In this document: piece after piece, positions 1 to 17,122 of the stretch
How the letters are laid out: each line of letters begins with the position of its first letter
Position numbering within the stretch: position 1 is the stretch's first letter
Source of the DNA: Chrysomallon squamiferum
Lineage: Eukaryota > Animalia > Mollusca
Reading direction: 5' to 3'
DNA length: 64,000 nucleotides
Assembly (NCBI GenBank): GCA_012295275.1
Contig: CM022677.1
Span: 28,210,001-28,274,000, forward strand
Made by a program: the position numbers and the translations under genes
The notes under the pieces: generated by a model
The model's input: only the letters and a program-made list of their open reading frames with translations
What the model was told of the DNA's origin: nothing
Databases searched by the model: none

Positions 1-304
1 AAAAGAATACTAGATTAATAAATGCTCGTATTAAATATGTATGTTGATTATGAACATAATTATTATTAATAAAAAGATGAAGATTAAGATATACATTAGA
101 TAACAAAGCATGGAGTCTTCAGTCTAAAATAAATAATCATATTAGAACATGACCTAACATTAATACAACAACTATAAATAATAAAAATATATAAAAATGT
201 GATTTTATAATCTTGACTATCATAATGTTAGCAAGCTTGTTATAAATATAGGAAAGAGAAGTTTCAATATCATCTTTCGAAAAGAAAATGAAATATATAC
301 TTAC

Positions 305-2220
<1,916 letters not shown>

Positions 2221-2481
2221 TGCTGCTGTTTTGAAATGTGAAGTTTTAACTTATCTTTCTTCTAACAAAAACCAGGAAGGTTATTAATAGAAATAGTTTT
2301 GAAGAGAGTTTTGTGAAAGAAACAATAGAATTTCCTCTCTCTTTAAGTGTCTTGTTAGAAAAACAAGGAAGGATGACATTGTTATTGTTGTTCTTTTGTT
2401 ATTGTCATTACTCTTTTCATTGTAATAATAATAGTAATAATAATAATAATAATATTTTATTATTATTATTATTATTATTAT

Positions 2482-2513
<32 letters not shown>

Positions 2514-2652
2514 TTTTACATAATATTATAAAAATCTATACTAACATATCTTGAATGTAGCTGAAATTTTAAAAATTACATTAAACAAATGAACAAAAAT
2601 TTTTTATTTGTTTTACCAACCTTTCAATGGCTTCTCTGATCAGTGAACTAAT

Positions 2653-2683
<31 letters not shown>

Positions 2684-2845
2684 TATCCTAAAGCAGATAA
2701 TGACATTTTATATTAACAGTGACGTTGTGACACTTGAACTTCCAATCAGTCTGGAAGAAAATTGTAATAAAATTCAAAGTTATTCATTATCATACTTTAA
2801 TTTTTTGGGATGGTTATATATTTTTATTTATTTATTTATTTATTA

Positions 2846-2918
<73 letters not shown>

Positions 2919-3399
2919 TGATTTTATTATTATTTTTTTTGTTTTGTTTTTAGAAAATCTTCGGATTTTCTTAAGGTGGAAAAAGAGAAACAAAAAGCTC
3001 CTTGTAGGAATTAATCAATAATACTGCCAAAAATAATGTATTAATAATTAGACGTGACATTCAGTATGAAGTTACGAAACTAAGTAATTCAGTAAATTTT
3101 AAATACAAATCTGAGCTTTAGGCCAGTTTTTGTAATTATATTCAGATGACTAGACAGACGGAGACATGAAGCTTTTATCTTGGTTTGTTGGTTTTTGTTT
3201 TGTTTTTTCTATTTGTTGTTGTTGTTTCTGATTTAGCGTGATAATGAAATATTGTTCAGCCATTTTGCTGACGTCATTAAATCTGACGTTAAGAAAAATA
3301 ATAACTAAGTAGTTTTTAAAAAAATAGCAAAGTCTCTTAATATTTTTATTATGCATATCATATTGCAAATCTGTGCCTTGACTTGGAAATAGCGAAAGA

Positions 3400-3436
3400 A
3401 TGAAGACATTAACGCAACACCTGACTTTTTTGGTCG
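3400..3436 (+). CDS. Gene B leader exon [12 protein letters not shown](G)
   Basis: ATG 3400, donor G|gtaaga; with the next exon gives a signal peptide ending ...VFATVYS-EC. Confidence 0.7.
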
Positions 3437-3966
3437 GTAAGAAAAAATATATATTTCAATAAGTCTACACCTTATTTAAGATCCATCATTGATCTCTTCT
3501 TCAACAGTATAGGGGGAGACATTTGTACACAACATATTGCTTAGATTTCTTCTTTTGTGCTAAAATGCAAACTTCTCGACATGGATTTAAAGAAGGTAAT
3601 TAATCTGAGGGACGACTGTGAAATGTAGCTCGGTTATAACATTTATTTAAATAATAGGAGCGGATCTACAGGTTCCCTGTTCCGGCATGGCACCAGAAGC
3701 GACTTTAGTACATGCAGCTTAATTTAGTTTTCTGTCAGAATCTGAGATATCGTATTAACTATAATTCTAAAATACCTTTTATGATCTGTCATGGAATAAT
3801 CCATCTGAGGAACAATATTACCTTCATTAATGGATGCAAAGGCTCCCCTCTCTCGTCCCTCCCTCCCAGGACAGCTGAAGTCTGTCGTGTCTAGTTACTC
3901 ACATCTAAAAACGGAACTGATTATTGAGATCACTTCGTCAGATTTTATATACTGTTGTTCACTGTA

Positions 3967-4053
<87 letters not shown>

Positions 4054-4348
4054 TCTCAAACACAGAAAAGCGCGCCTCTGCACTCACGCACGCACACACG
4101 CAAACACACAAACACCAGGAATATAACAAAATCATTCCCTTGAGAAAACAATTTAATACAAAATACAAGTACTAAAATAAGTTGGTTGACGTGACATTTA
4201 GTTTAATTATTTATTAATTGCAGGTGTTTTTGCCACTGTGTATTCTGAATGTAACCTGGCAAAATTATCCGTATGTAGTAGGCAACTGTTAGAAGAAAAA
4301 GATAAAACAAACTTATGTCCGTGAGTAACACACACACACACACACACA

Positions 4349-4423
<75 letters not shown>

Positions 4424-6679
4424 TTGTAACTCTCATCCCTTGTATTTCGTTCTCGCATATTAAACTGTATTTTATTTTTTTACATAATTTGTTTTATACA
4501 ATGTTTACAGTGATATAAAAAGGTACGCTACTTGTACACGAAAAGCAAAGTGTGAAACTTTTGCAACCGTCGAAGTAAAGAATCATTACCAGTGTTGTGA
4601 GTATCTTTCCTTGTCTGATATACAACATTCCTTGTCTGATATACAACATTCCTTATCTGACATTCAATATTCCTTGTCTGATATACAACATTCCTTGTCT
4701 GACATTCAACATTCCTTGACTAACATTCAACATTCATTATCTGACATTCAACATTCCTGGTCTGATAAACAGTAACAATACAACATCCCTAGTCTAACAG
4801 TACAACAGTAAGAGTTTCCTAAATAACATTCCTTGTCTTACACTAATAAAACACACAAACACATATACACACAGACACATATACACACAGACACACACAG
4901 ACACATATACACACAGACACACACAGACACACACACACAGACACATATACACACAGACGCATATACACACAAACACATATACACACAGACACATATACAC
5001 ACAGACACACACAGACACACACACACAGACACATATACACACAGACACATATACACACAGACACACACACACAAACAGACACATATACACAGACACATAT
5101 ACACACAGACACATATACACACAGACACATATACACACAGACACACACACAGACACACACACACAGACACATATACACACACAAGCAGACACAGAATGTA
5201 TGTGTATCCGCTGTATGTTGAAGGTTTTGGGGACTGTAACTGTAATGAAGACGCTGCTGCTGAATGCCGGGCCAAGTTTCCACTCTATTTTTTTTCTGTC
5301 GGAGTAGAACCAGAGCATTTCTGCTCGTATGTATTTATTTACACAGACACACACGTGTTTGTATTTATTTACACAGACACACACGTGTTTGTATTTATTT
5401 ACACAGACACACACGTGTTTGTATTTATTTACACAGACACACATGTGTTTGTATTTATTTACACAGACACACAGACACACACGTGTTTGTATTTATTTAC
5501 ACACACAGACACGTGTTTGTATTTATTTACACAGACACACACGTGTTTGTATTTATTTACACAGACACACACGTGTTTGTATTTATTTACACAGACACAC
5601 ACGTGTTTGTATTTATTTACACAGACACACACGTGTTTGTATTTATTTACACAGACATACGTGTGTTTGTATTTATTTACACAGACACACGTGTTTGTAT
5701 TTATTTACACAGACACACACGTGTTTGTATTTATTTACACAGACACACACGTGTTTGTATTTATTTACACAGACACACACGTGTTTGTATTTATTTACAC
5801 AGACACACACGTGTTTGTATTTATTTACACAGACACACACGTGTTTGTATTTATTTACACAGACACACACGTGTTTGTATTTATTTACACAGACACACAC
5901 GTGTTTGTATTTATTTACACAGACACACACGTGTTTGTATTTATTTACGTGTTTTACACAGACACACACGTGTTTGTATTTATTTACACAGACACACACG
6001 TGTTTGTATTTATTTACACAGACACACATGTGTTTGTATTCTTTAACACAGATTAATTTTGTTTTGAATAAATTTATTTATAATGACACACACGTGTTTG
6101 ATTTATTTAAACAGACACACACGTGTTTGTATTTATTTACACATTGATTTTTTTTTTTTTTTTAATTTAGACATACATTCATGTTTTCATATTATTTATA
6201 ATTATGGTTTACAGATTTATTTAGACACAAACACAAACACATACGTGTTTTTATTTATTTACACAGACACACATGTGTTTGTTTATCTGTGTTTGTTTCA
6301 TTTAACAGATTAATTTTGTTTGTATGAATAAAATAATTATAATGACTTTCTATGTGCACCGAAAACTGACACATTACGTATGGATTGATTTTTTTGATTT
6401 TTTAATGTTAGACATACATTTATATTCATATTATTATAATTATGGTTTACAGAACATTTAAAATGTGAATTATCTCTGTCACTGCACAGACACATACATC
6501 TGTCTGTCTATCTGTGTTTGTTACATTTAACAGTGATTGCAAGTGTGAATCAAAAGTCAACTCTGAGTGCAGGCGAATAGTGAAACAAGTGGATCGGAGA
6601 CAGTTATGTTCGTATGTACTTTTTATTTTTTAAATGTGAATTATCTCTGTCACTGCGTCTCTGCACTGTACCTGCGTTG

Positions 6680-6758
<79 letters not shown>

Positions 6759-6851
6759 AAGTGGATCGGAGACAGTTATGTTCGTATGTACTTTTTAGTT
6801 TTTAAATGTGAATTATCTCTGTCACTGCGTCTCTGCACTGTACCTGCGTTG

Positions 6852-6896
<45 letters not shown>

Positions 6897-6954
6897 AAGT
6901 GGATCGGAGACAGTAATGTTGTATGTGTGAATTATCTCTGTGCGTGTACCTGCG

Positions 6955-6994
<40 letters not shown>

Positions 6995-8710
6995 AAGTGG
7001 ATCGGAGACAGTTATGTTCGTATGTACTTTTTAGTTTTTAAATGTGAATTATCTCTGTCACTGCGTCTCTGCACTGTACCTGCGTTGTCTTTCTGTGTGT
7101 GTGCGTGTGCGTGTGTGTGTGTGTGTGTACACATGTATATTTTTACATTAGTATATATATATATATTAAAACAGATACTTCGAGTGAACTATCAACATTA
7201 TCCAATTGACCTTGAAATTGATCTTGACCTTATTTGCATATAATATAGACACGCGCCCAGCTGTCAACACAGAAAATGAAAATAATGTATTGCTCCCGTA
7301 ACATTTGAAAACAAATTTATATATAGTTGATCCCCCACTTGATGAAGATAAATAATTATGTATTGTATAGAGTATAAAGTATACTAAATATTATTTTTGA
7401 TTTTAATTAGCAAAAGTGTAATAATGTAAAAACAATAGACGAATGAATTGTTTCTTGCCCCTAAAAGTTCACTGCAACTAACAACCCAACACCCCTAACA
7501 AATATGGAATAAATTTCCCCGCCTTTTTGAAAGAGAGCAGCGGAACGTTCCATTATCGTATTGAAGGGGTTAATATGTTCATAAATAACGCTAAAATTTT
7601 ATTAAATATGAAAAAAAAAAAATTCATACATAAGATAAATAGCATTAAACAAATTTAGATTTTGCATTTGCAAGTCAGTGATTACATAATGGCAATTAAT
7701 CGTCTTCTGAATTATACAAGCTATTTTTCACTACTGCAGACGAAATATCCGCCATTTTAGTGTTTGATCGCCGTGTGTTCGGTATGTCGGTTCAAAAACT
7801 TTGCAAGTACTACGTCAGCCTTACATTATTTTGATCTAGAACCAATATATACTTGTTCAGAAGATATTTATTTACATAATAAAAATAGTGATATCAACTT
7901 AATTACATTTTATTCCAGGAACATTTCATTTTCTCTTCTTTCCTCGAGCGATTACAGGTTAAAAATAACTCTGACGTTGTTTTCACTATGATCACGTGAT
8001 GCAAACAGGATTTTCCTTCAAAATGAATTGGTTTATTTGCATAATCTGTTGTTGGCCGCACACAATAATGGAAACGCGCGTGTCGATTAATTCACTGTTT
8101 TATTTGTTTTATATATCTAAAACACAGTATTAATAACAAAACAGAATTACAGTATTATATTTTAGCGAACTCCCTTGTATATATATAAATAAACAAATGA
8201 GCATCTTGTTCTTATTTACCTTTCGTTTAACACCCAACAGCAGAAAATGTTTTTCAATCATTCATGTGTCTGTGTATGTATATGTACGTATGTATGTGTA
8301 TATGTGTATGTATGTATGTGTGTGTGTGTGGGTGTATGTGTTTGTACGTGTGTATGGGTATATGTGTATGAATCTTTATGTATCTATGTGTATGTGTGTA
8401 TGTATATGTGTATGTGTGTGTGTGTATGTGTGTGTACGTATGTGTGTATGTGTATGAATGTGTATGTATCTATGTGTATGTGTGTATGTATGTGTATTAT
8501 GGGTATGCATGTGTGTATGGTGTATGTGTGTATGTGTATGTATATGTGTGTATCTGTGTGTATATATTTGGGTATGTATGTGTATGTATGTGTGTGTATG
8601 TGTGTGTATGTATATATGTATGTATGTATTTAAGTATGTATGTATGTATGTATGTATGTATGTATGTATGTATGTATGTATGTATGTATTTATGTATGTA
8701 TGTATGTATG

Positions 8711-8744
<34 letters not shown>

Positions 8745-10174
8745 TGTATGTATGTATGTATGTTTGTGTGTATTTATGAATTAAAGAACGCACTGGCACA
8801 GGAAATTCTTTTATTACTTAAAAAAATTAATCATTTTTTAATTTATCTCTAGGGATTCGATTTAACTTAAAACTGAGCATTGTAATGTTTATTACAGTGT
8901 GCTTTTCTCCTTTGTCTATATATTTATTATTTTGTTATCATATTTTTGAGAAAAACAATAATATACATGAAACCTTTTAAAACTATATGCAGAAGCGTTC
9001 AGACATGTTTAAAATTACATTTTATAGAGCAAGACAGTACATCTCTAAATCTATTTAAAACTATTTCAAAAACTTCCTAAAAAATGTTTGTGACATTTAA
9101 TAACAATACCTTCTAGAAACCAATACTTTTCAAAAATATATTTAGAACTATTTTAAACATTATTCAGAAGATATTCATTCTCAAAGTCTGTAAAAAAACG
9201 TAACATTTAAAAAACAACAACAACAAAAACCCATTCCAAAAAATTCGTAAAACATGACATATTCTTTGAAAACGTCTTAAAACGTTTCCGTACTTTTTAC
9301 TGAATTCATTTGTAAATCCTGTGGATAGGCGTATTACTCCTAAAATCACAAACAGACGAAAATGACTTGGGTTTGTTCTGTATATACATGTATAAAGTCT
9401 ATACATTATGTATTACTCCATAAAATTCGCGAATAGACGAAAATGACTTGGGTTTGAACATGTATAAAGTCTATAAATGTATTGATGAACAGACGAAAAT
9501 GACTTGGGTTTGTTCTGTATATACATGTATAAAGTCTATACATTATGTATTACTCCATAAATCGCGAATAGACGAAAATGACTTGGGTTTTTTCTGTATA
9601 TATATATATGTATATGTATAAAGTCTATATATTATGTATTACTCCTAAAATCGCGAGCAGACTAAAATGACGTGTTTTCTCTGTATATACATGTATAAAG
9701 TCTATACATTATGTATTACTCCTAAAATCGCGAACAGACTAAAATGACTTGGGTTTGTTCTGTATATACATGAATAAAGTCTATATATTATGTATTACTC
9801 CTAAAATCGCTAACAGACTAAAATGACTAGAACAGACTAAAATGATTTGGGTTTTCTCTGTATATACATGTATAAAGTCTGTATATTATGTATTACTCCT
9901 AAAATCACGAACAAACTTAAATGACTTGGGTTTTTTTCTGTATATACATGTATAAAGTCTATATATCATGTATTACTCCTAAAATCGCGAACAGACTATA
10001 ATGACTTGGGTATTTTTCTGTATATATATGTATAAAGTCTATATATTATGTATTACTCCTAAAATCGCTAACAGACTAAAATGACTTGTTTTTTTTATCT
10101 GTATATATATGTATAAAGTCTATATATCATGTATTATTCCTAAAATGACTAGAACAAACTAAAATGACTTGTTT

Positions 10175-10268
<94 letters not shown>

Positions 10269-10374
10269 AAAGTCTATATATTATGTATTACTCCTAAAAT
10301 GACTAGAACAGGCTAAAATGACTAGAACAGACTAAAATGACTAGGTTTTTTCTGTAAGCTATATATATTTTTTT

Positions 10375-10430
<56 letters not shown>

Positions 10431-13400
10431 AAAGTCTATATATTATGTATTACTCCTAAAATGACTAGAACAGGCTAAAATGACTAGAACAGGCTAAAAT
10501 GACTAGAACAGACTAAAATGACTAGAACAGACTAAAATGACTTGGGTTTTCTCTGTATATACATGTATAAAGTCTGTATATTATGTATTACTCCTAAAAT
10601 GACTAGAACAGGCTAAAATGACTAGAACAGACTAAAATGACTTGGGTTTTCTCTGTATATACATGTATAAAGTCTGTATATTATGTATTACTCCTAAAAT
10701 CGCGAACAGACTTAAATGACTTGTGTTTTTTTCTGTATATACATGTATAAAGTCTATATATCATGTATTACTCATAAAATCGCGAACAGACTATAATGAC
10801 TTGGTTTTTTTTCTGTATATATATGTATAAAGTCTATATATTATGTATTACTCCTAAAATGACTAGAACAGGCTAAAATGACTAGAACAGACTAAAATGA
10901 CTAGGTTTTTTTCTGTAAGCTATGACGGGACGAGCTGTTACTGGATTTTTCATAGTAAAATAAAATACTTCATAATTTTACCAACGTGTGTCTGTCTGTG
11001 TATGTGTGTGTATGTGTATGTAGTTGTGTGTGTGTGTATGTGTGTATGTGTATGTGTGTGTGTGCGTTTGTGTGTGTATGTGTGTATGTGTATGTGTGTG
11101 TATGCGTGTGTGTGTATGTGTATGTGTGTGTATGTATGTGTGTGTATGTGTGTGTTTCTGTATGTGTGTGTGTATGCGTGTGTGTGTGTGTGTGTGTGTA
11201 CGTGTGTGTGTGTATGTGTGTGTGTCTGTATGTGTGTGTGTATGTGTGTGTGTGTATGTGTGTACGTGTGTGTATATATTATGTGTGTATGTATATGTGA
11301 ATGTGTTGTGTATATATGTCTGTGTGTATATTTTGTTTTACAAGGGAAGTAAACAAGTTCTTTGAGTGTTTCTCTAAAACAAACTGTGAAGGCTATGTCT
11401 GTATGTATATTTTGTTTTACAAGGGAAGTAAACAAGTTCTTTGAGTGTTTCTCTAAAACAAACTGTGAAGGTTATGGAAACTTGCAGGGCGTGGCTGTCT
11501 TACAGAGCCTGTTTCACTGTGGTAAGTTTTCATTTACCTACACTTCCTTAAGCATGTGTGTGCGTGTGTGTGAGTGTGTGTGAGTGTGTGTGTGAGTGTG
11601 TGTGTGCGTGTGTGTTTCTCTATTTATACTTGTACGTCTGTGTTTCTATGTGCATGTGTTCTTTTGAGTAGGTGTTTACATGTGTGTGTTTTCATGTATG
11701 TGTGTTTACATGTGTGTGTTTCTGTATATGTTTGTTGTGTTTGTGTTTTCAAGCATTTGTTGTGTGTGCGTGTGTGTACGTGTGTGTTTGGATGTATGCA
11801 TGTTTATGTATATGTCTGTAAATGTGTGTTTGTTTGTTAGTGTGTACATCTATATGTGTCTATCTGAGTGTATGTTAATGTGTCTATGTCTGTTTGTGTG
11901 TGTTTTCATGTGTATGTTTTCATGTGTGTGTGTTTTCATGTGTGTGTTTTCATGTGTGTGTTTTCATGTGTGTGTGTTTGCATGTATGTGTTTTCATGTG
12001 TGTGTTTTCATGTGTGTATGTTTGTATGTTTCTGTATATGTGAGTGTGTTTGTCTCTGTGTCTGGGTGTATACATTTGTGGGTGTGTTTGTCTCTGTGTC
12101 TGGGTGTATACATTTGTGGGTGTGTTTGTCTGTGTGTCTGGGTGTATACATTTGTGGGTGTGTTTGTCTCTGTGTCTGGGTGTATACATTTGTGGGTGTG
12201 TTTGTCTGTGTGTCTGGGTGTATACATTTGTGGGTGTGTTTGTCTGTGTGTCTGGGTGTATACATTTGTGGGTGTGTTTGTCTCTGTGTCTGGGTGTATA
12301 CATTTGTGGGTGTGTTTGTCTGTGTGTCTGGGTGTATACATTTGTGGGTGTGTTTGTCTGTGTGTCAGGGTGCTCATGATTGTTCGCTGATCAGTAGCAA
12401 ACCTGATGTTGAATAACTCTGCATTTCTCAGTTTGACCAGATTCATTTCAAAATTTAGTTGTGCAATTTGCAAATTATAATTGGTAATTACTCATCATCA
12501 GTGACTGTAGCATGTGAAGTATCAAATAAAGTAATTTTTGTGAAGATTATTTAATTTTTTAATTTGTTTATAACATAAAACGATTTGTGTTTCCTTCCTG
12601 TACTGTTCCTGAATGTGAAACTTGTCTAGTTTGAATATATCAGTAGATTTTAATACTAAACAGTTGTATTGATATTATTCAAAAATGTTTGGTTAGATAA
12701 TTATAACAATCATATATTATTTTCATTGCTTTGTTTGGGGTGAGTGTTGTTTTTGATGATGTTGCTATTATTGTAATTGTTTCTATTATAATCATTATTA
12801 ATATTATTACTATGATTATTATTTTTATTATTGTCACTGTTATTGTTATTATTGTTATTATTATGATTATTATTATTGTTATTATTATTCCACAGATATG
12901 GGATGTAAGGCGACTGATTTTGCTTTCTGTTTAGTGGAATATAGTACAAAGGTCGTTGACACTTCACAACAATGTGGGTGAGTTGACACACATTTACACA
13001 TCTGTATCATTGACAATGCATTACATATGGAACATAGACAAAACAGATACCATATACAACACTGACAGTCCAAATATACAGATAGAATAGCAAACATGCA
13101 ACAATAGATACCAGGCAGACAGCATAAATACAATAACACACTATTACTTCTACCAGGAAATACATAGATAGTAGATGTACAGATACCACACATATACTAC
13201 ATATACCATATATACACCACAGACACAATATAGATCATTTGAAAAAAAAAACCAGAACATACCATACAGCCATGGAGATAGTATAGATACTGATTCTAAC
13301 AGATACACACATCACTAACACTGCATATACACATCACAAATACTGCAGTTATCACAAGACACTACATCTGTCATACACACGTCACTGACACTACAGTTAT

Positions 13401-15522
13401 CACAAGACACTACATCTGTCATACACACGTCACTGACACTACAGTTATCACAAGACACTACATCTATCATACACACATCACTAACACTACAGTTATCACC
13501 ACACACTACATCTACCAAACACACATCACTAACACTACAGTTATCACAAGACACTACATCTACCAAACACACATCACTAACACTACAGTTATCACAAGAC
13601 ACTACATCTGTCATACACACGTCACTGACACTACAGTTATCACAAGACACTACATCTACCAAACACACATCACTAACACTACAGTTATCACAAGACACTA
13701 CATCTACCAAACACACATCACTAACACTACAGTTATCACAAGACACTACATCTATCATACACACGTCACTGACACTACAGTTATCACAAGACACTACATC
13801 TATTATACACACATCACTGACACTACAGTTATCACAAGACACTACATCTACCATACACACATCACTAACACTACACTACAGTTATCACAAGACACTACAT
13901 CTACCAAACACACATCACTAACACTACAGTTATCACAAGACACTACATCTGTCATACACACGTCACTGACACTACAGTTATCACAAGACACTACATCTAT
14001 TATACACACATCACTGACACTACAGTTATCACAAGACACTACATCTATCAAACACACATCACTGACACTACAGTTATCACAAGACACTACATCTACCAAA
14101 CACACATCACTAACACTACAGTTATCACAAGACACTACATCTACCAAACACACATCACTAACACTACAGTTTCACAAGACACTACATCTGTCATACACAC
14201 ATCACTAACACTATAGTTATCACAAGACACTACATCTGTCATACACACATCACTAACACTATAGTTATCACAAGACTACATCTATCATACACACATCACT
14301 AACACTACAGTTATCACAAGACACTACATCTGTCATACACACATCACTAACACTATAGTTATCACAAGACACTACATCTGTCATACACACATCACTGACA
14401 CTACAGTTATCACAAGACACTACATCTATCATACACACATCACTAACACTACAGTTATCACAACACACTACATCTGTCATACACACGTCACTGACACTAC
14501 ATTTATCACAAGACACTACATCTACCAAACACACATCACTAACACTACAGTTATCACAAGACACTACATCTGTCATACACACATCACTGACACTACAGTT
14601 ATCACAAGACACTACATCTATCATACACACATCACTAACACTACAGTTATCACCACACACTACATCTGTCATACACACATCACTAACACTACAGTTATCA
14701 CAAGACACTACATCTGTCATACACACATCACTATCACTATAGTTATCACAAGACACTACATCTGTCATACACATGTCACTATTAATGTGTATTACTATTG
14801 AAATACACATTCATTTTACAGAGAAATATCACGTTTAGATGTTTCTATGTTTCTATTGTGTATTAACATTAACGTTAATGTTACAGGGAAATATCAGATT
14901 TATATGTTACTATTGTGTATTAACATTAACGTTAATGTTACAGGGAAATATCAGATTTATATGTTACTATTGTGTATTAACATTAACGTTAATGTTACAG
15001 GGAAATATCAGATTTATATGTTACTATTGTGTATTAATATTAAAATACACGTTAATGTTACAGGGAAATATCAGATTTAATAAACTGTATGCAGAGGACT
15101 GGATGTGATGAGAAAACACAGGCAGTGGGTAGAAAGCTGGAGAAATTTCAGAAAGATAACTGTGATGTCGTTGTTAGTATGTACCAGTTTATGTCAATTT
15201 CTCTGAGTGTGTGTGGGTCTGAGTGTGTGTGTGTCTGTGTGTGTATGTATAGTTATAATTAGATGATGAGGTATAAAACATATTAATTTCAGGTATAACA
15301 ACAAGCACCACAAAGGCTCCTGAACCAAGTGATGGTAAATAAACATTGTACATGATAAAAATAATACTTTTAATTACTTTAATAATACATGAATGTTATA
15401 TTGATACATTTGTAATAAATTACTATTTAATATAACAGAAAGTAAAAGTGAAATTAACGTGTTAAAAAAGTAAATGGTTGAAATGTAAGATTTCTCAGGA
15501 TATTTTGTGTATGTGTGTGTTA

Positions 15523-15553
<31 letters not shown>

Positions 15554-15852
15554 TAATGAAGCTATTTTCTTTAGTTATTATTCTTTTAATTGTATGCATA
15601 TGTGTGGTATGTACACACACACACACACACACACACACATGCACACACACACAGATAACTGGATTAAAAATAATCTTTACTCAAAATAAGAATAAAAATA
15701 AGCAAATACATAAACTCATATGTATATGTATATAAATACTTTTATTTTTAGCTCAGTCGCATTGCACACAGATCTCTGGTAACTGTCAGCGTTGTCATGG
15801 TGACAGTAGTGATCGTTTTCTTGTAGACATTCAAATTATTTATGGTTGGTAA
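3400..15852 (+). CDS. Gene B: signal peptide + 3x six-Cys module + Ser/Thr linker + probable GPI-type hydrophobic tail (~245-250 aa)
   Basis: Exons 3400-3436, 4224-4320, 4511-4596, 5224-5326, 11424-11521, 12896-12977, 15064-15176, 15293-15334 and 15752-15826/15852. Phases chain correctly through exon 8; the frame of the last exon is ambiguous. Confidence 0.8.
4224..4320 (+). CDS. Gene B module 1 exon A: [32 protein letters not shown]
   Basis: tgcag| ... CC|gtgagt; phase 1-2. Confidence 0.85.
4511..4596 (+). CDS. Gene B module 1 exon B: [28 protein letters not shown]
   Basis: tacag| ... T|gtgagt; phase 2-1. Confidence 0.85.
4608..4765. repeat. 21-bp tandem repeat
   Basis: ttccttgtctgatatacaaca. 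Confidence 0.85.
4850..6050. repeat. CA-rich repeat plus 30-bp minisatellite flanking exon 5224-5326
   Basis: acacagacacacacgtgtttgtatttattt from ~5330. Confidence 0.9.
5224..5326 (+). CDS. Gene B module 2 exon A: [34 protein letters not shown]
   Basis: tgaag| ... TC|gtatgt; phase 1-2; unique island between two satellites. Confidence 0.8.
9330..10915. repeat. ~88-bp minisatellite with (TA)n expansions
   Basis: ...aaatgacttggg...gtataaagtctatatattatgtattactcctaaaat... Confidence 0.9.
11424..11521 (+). CDS. Gene B module 2 exon B: [32 protein letters not shown]
   Basis: acaag| ... G|gtaagt; phase 2-1. Confidence 0.85.
12045..12366. repeat. 38-bp minisatellite
   Basis: tgtttgtctctgtgtctgggtgtatacatttgtgggtg. 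Confidence 0.9.
12896..12977 (+). CDS. Gene B module 3 exon A: [28 protein letters not shown]
   Basis: cacag| ... GG|gtgagt; phase 1-2. Confidence 0.85.
13305..14775. repeat. 48-bp minisatellite
   Basis: cactacagttatcacaagacactacatct... Confidence 0.92.
14850..15078 (+). repeat. 57-bp repeat containing acceptor + start of exon 15064 (4 copies)
   Basis: gttaatgttacag|ggaaatatcagattta. Confidence 0.9.
15064..15176 (+). CDS. Gene B module 3 exon B: [37 protein letters not shown]
   Basis: tacag| ... A|gtatgt; phase 2-1. Confidence 0.85.
15293..15334 (+). CDS. Gene B Ser/Thr-rich linker exon: [13 protein letters not shown]
   Basis: ttcag| ... G|gtaaat; phase 1-1. Confidence 0.8.
15752..15852 (+). 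CDS. Gene B terminal exon (hydrophobic tail [16 protein letters not shown] ends 15826 in a shifted frame; spliced frame ends 15852)
   Basis: ttttag| acceptor; AATAAA at 15851-15856. Confidence 0.6.
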
Positions 15853-16431
15853 TAAAATATTCATTTTTAACTTTTCATTCTTTTACTTCATCTTTTTCTT
15901 TTTTAAATTAATCTAGGTTCTTATTCACAGCAAAGTGAGATAATATCACAACCTTACAAGCAGAGATAATATCACAATAATATTAGAATCTGAGAAATGT
16001 TCACTATTCCTCTCTCTCTTCACACACACACACACACACACACATACACGCATGTATACATATATCCCAGCACATTCACATAAAAACACTAAAGCAACAT
16101 GGTGATTAAAAATCATGGTTATTACAAAATAATAATAGTAATAAAAAATAATAATAAATATGTATTTGAATACTACTCTATTTGAAATTTATCTTTATAC
16201 ATTATGTGCATACACATTGGCTTTTTACATCCATATGTACTTGGATACAAATTTGAATGAATCACTGAGAAATAGTCATATAAATAAATAAATGTAAATA
16301 AATATATATATAGAGAGAGAAATGTAGAGAGATAAACATAGATAAAGAAACAGACTAAAAGATTAATTAATGTAAGCACTCTGTCATTTTTTATATTAAA
16401 ATTAATTTGTTTCATATTTCTGATATATATG

Positions 16432-17122
16432 CATGTATCTATGTATGTATGTATGTATGTATGTATGTATGTATGTATGTATGTATGTATGTATGTATGT
16501 ATGTATGTATGTATCTATGTATATATCTATGTATGTATGTATGTATGTATCTATGTATGTATCTATGTATGTATGTATGTATGTATGCATATGTCTATGT
16601 ATGTATGTATGTATGTATGTATGTATGTATGTATGTATGTATGTATGTGTGTATGTATGTATGTATGTGTGTGTGTATGTATGTATGTATGTATGTATGT
16701 ATGTATGTATGTATGTATGTATGTATGTATGTATGTGTATGTATGTATGTATGTATGTATGTATGTATGTATGTATGTATGTATGTATGTATGTATCTAT
16801 GTATGTATGTATGTATGTATGTATGTATGTATGTATGTATCTATGTATCTATGTATGTATGTATGTATGTATGTATGTATGTATGTATGTATGTATGTAT
16901 GTATGTATGTATGTATGTATGTATGTATGTATGTATGTATGTATGTATGTATGTATGTATGTATGTATGTATGTATGTATGTATCTATGTATGTATGTAT
17001 GTATGTATGTATGTACGTATGTATGTATCTATGTATCTATGTATGTATGTATGTATGTATATACGTATGTATGTATGTATCTATGTATGTATGTATGTAT
17101 GTATGTATGTGTGTATGTATGT
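16432..17122. repeat. (TATG)n microsatellite
   Basis: Direct observation. Confidence 0.95.

Noticed and set aside
12369-12416. Possible exon after gtcag at 12368
   Set aside because: Stops early in the required phase and has no module signature.
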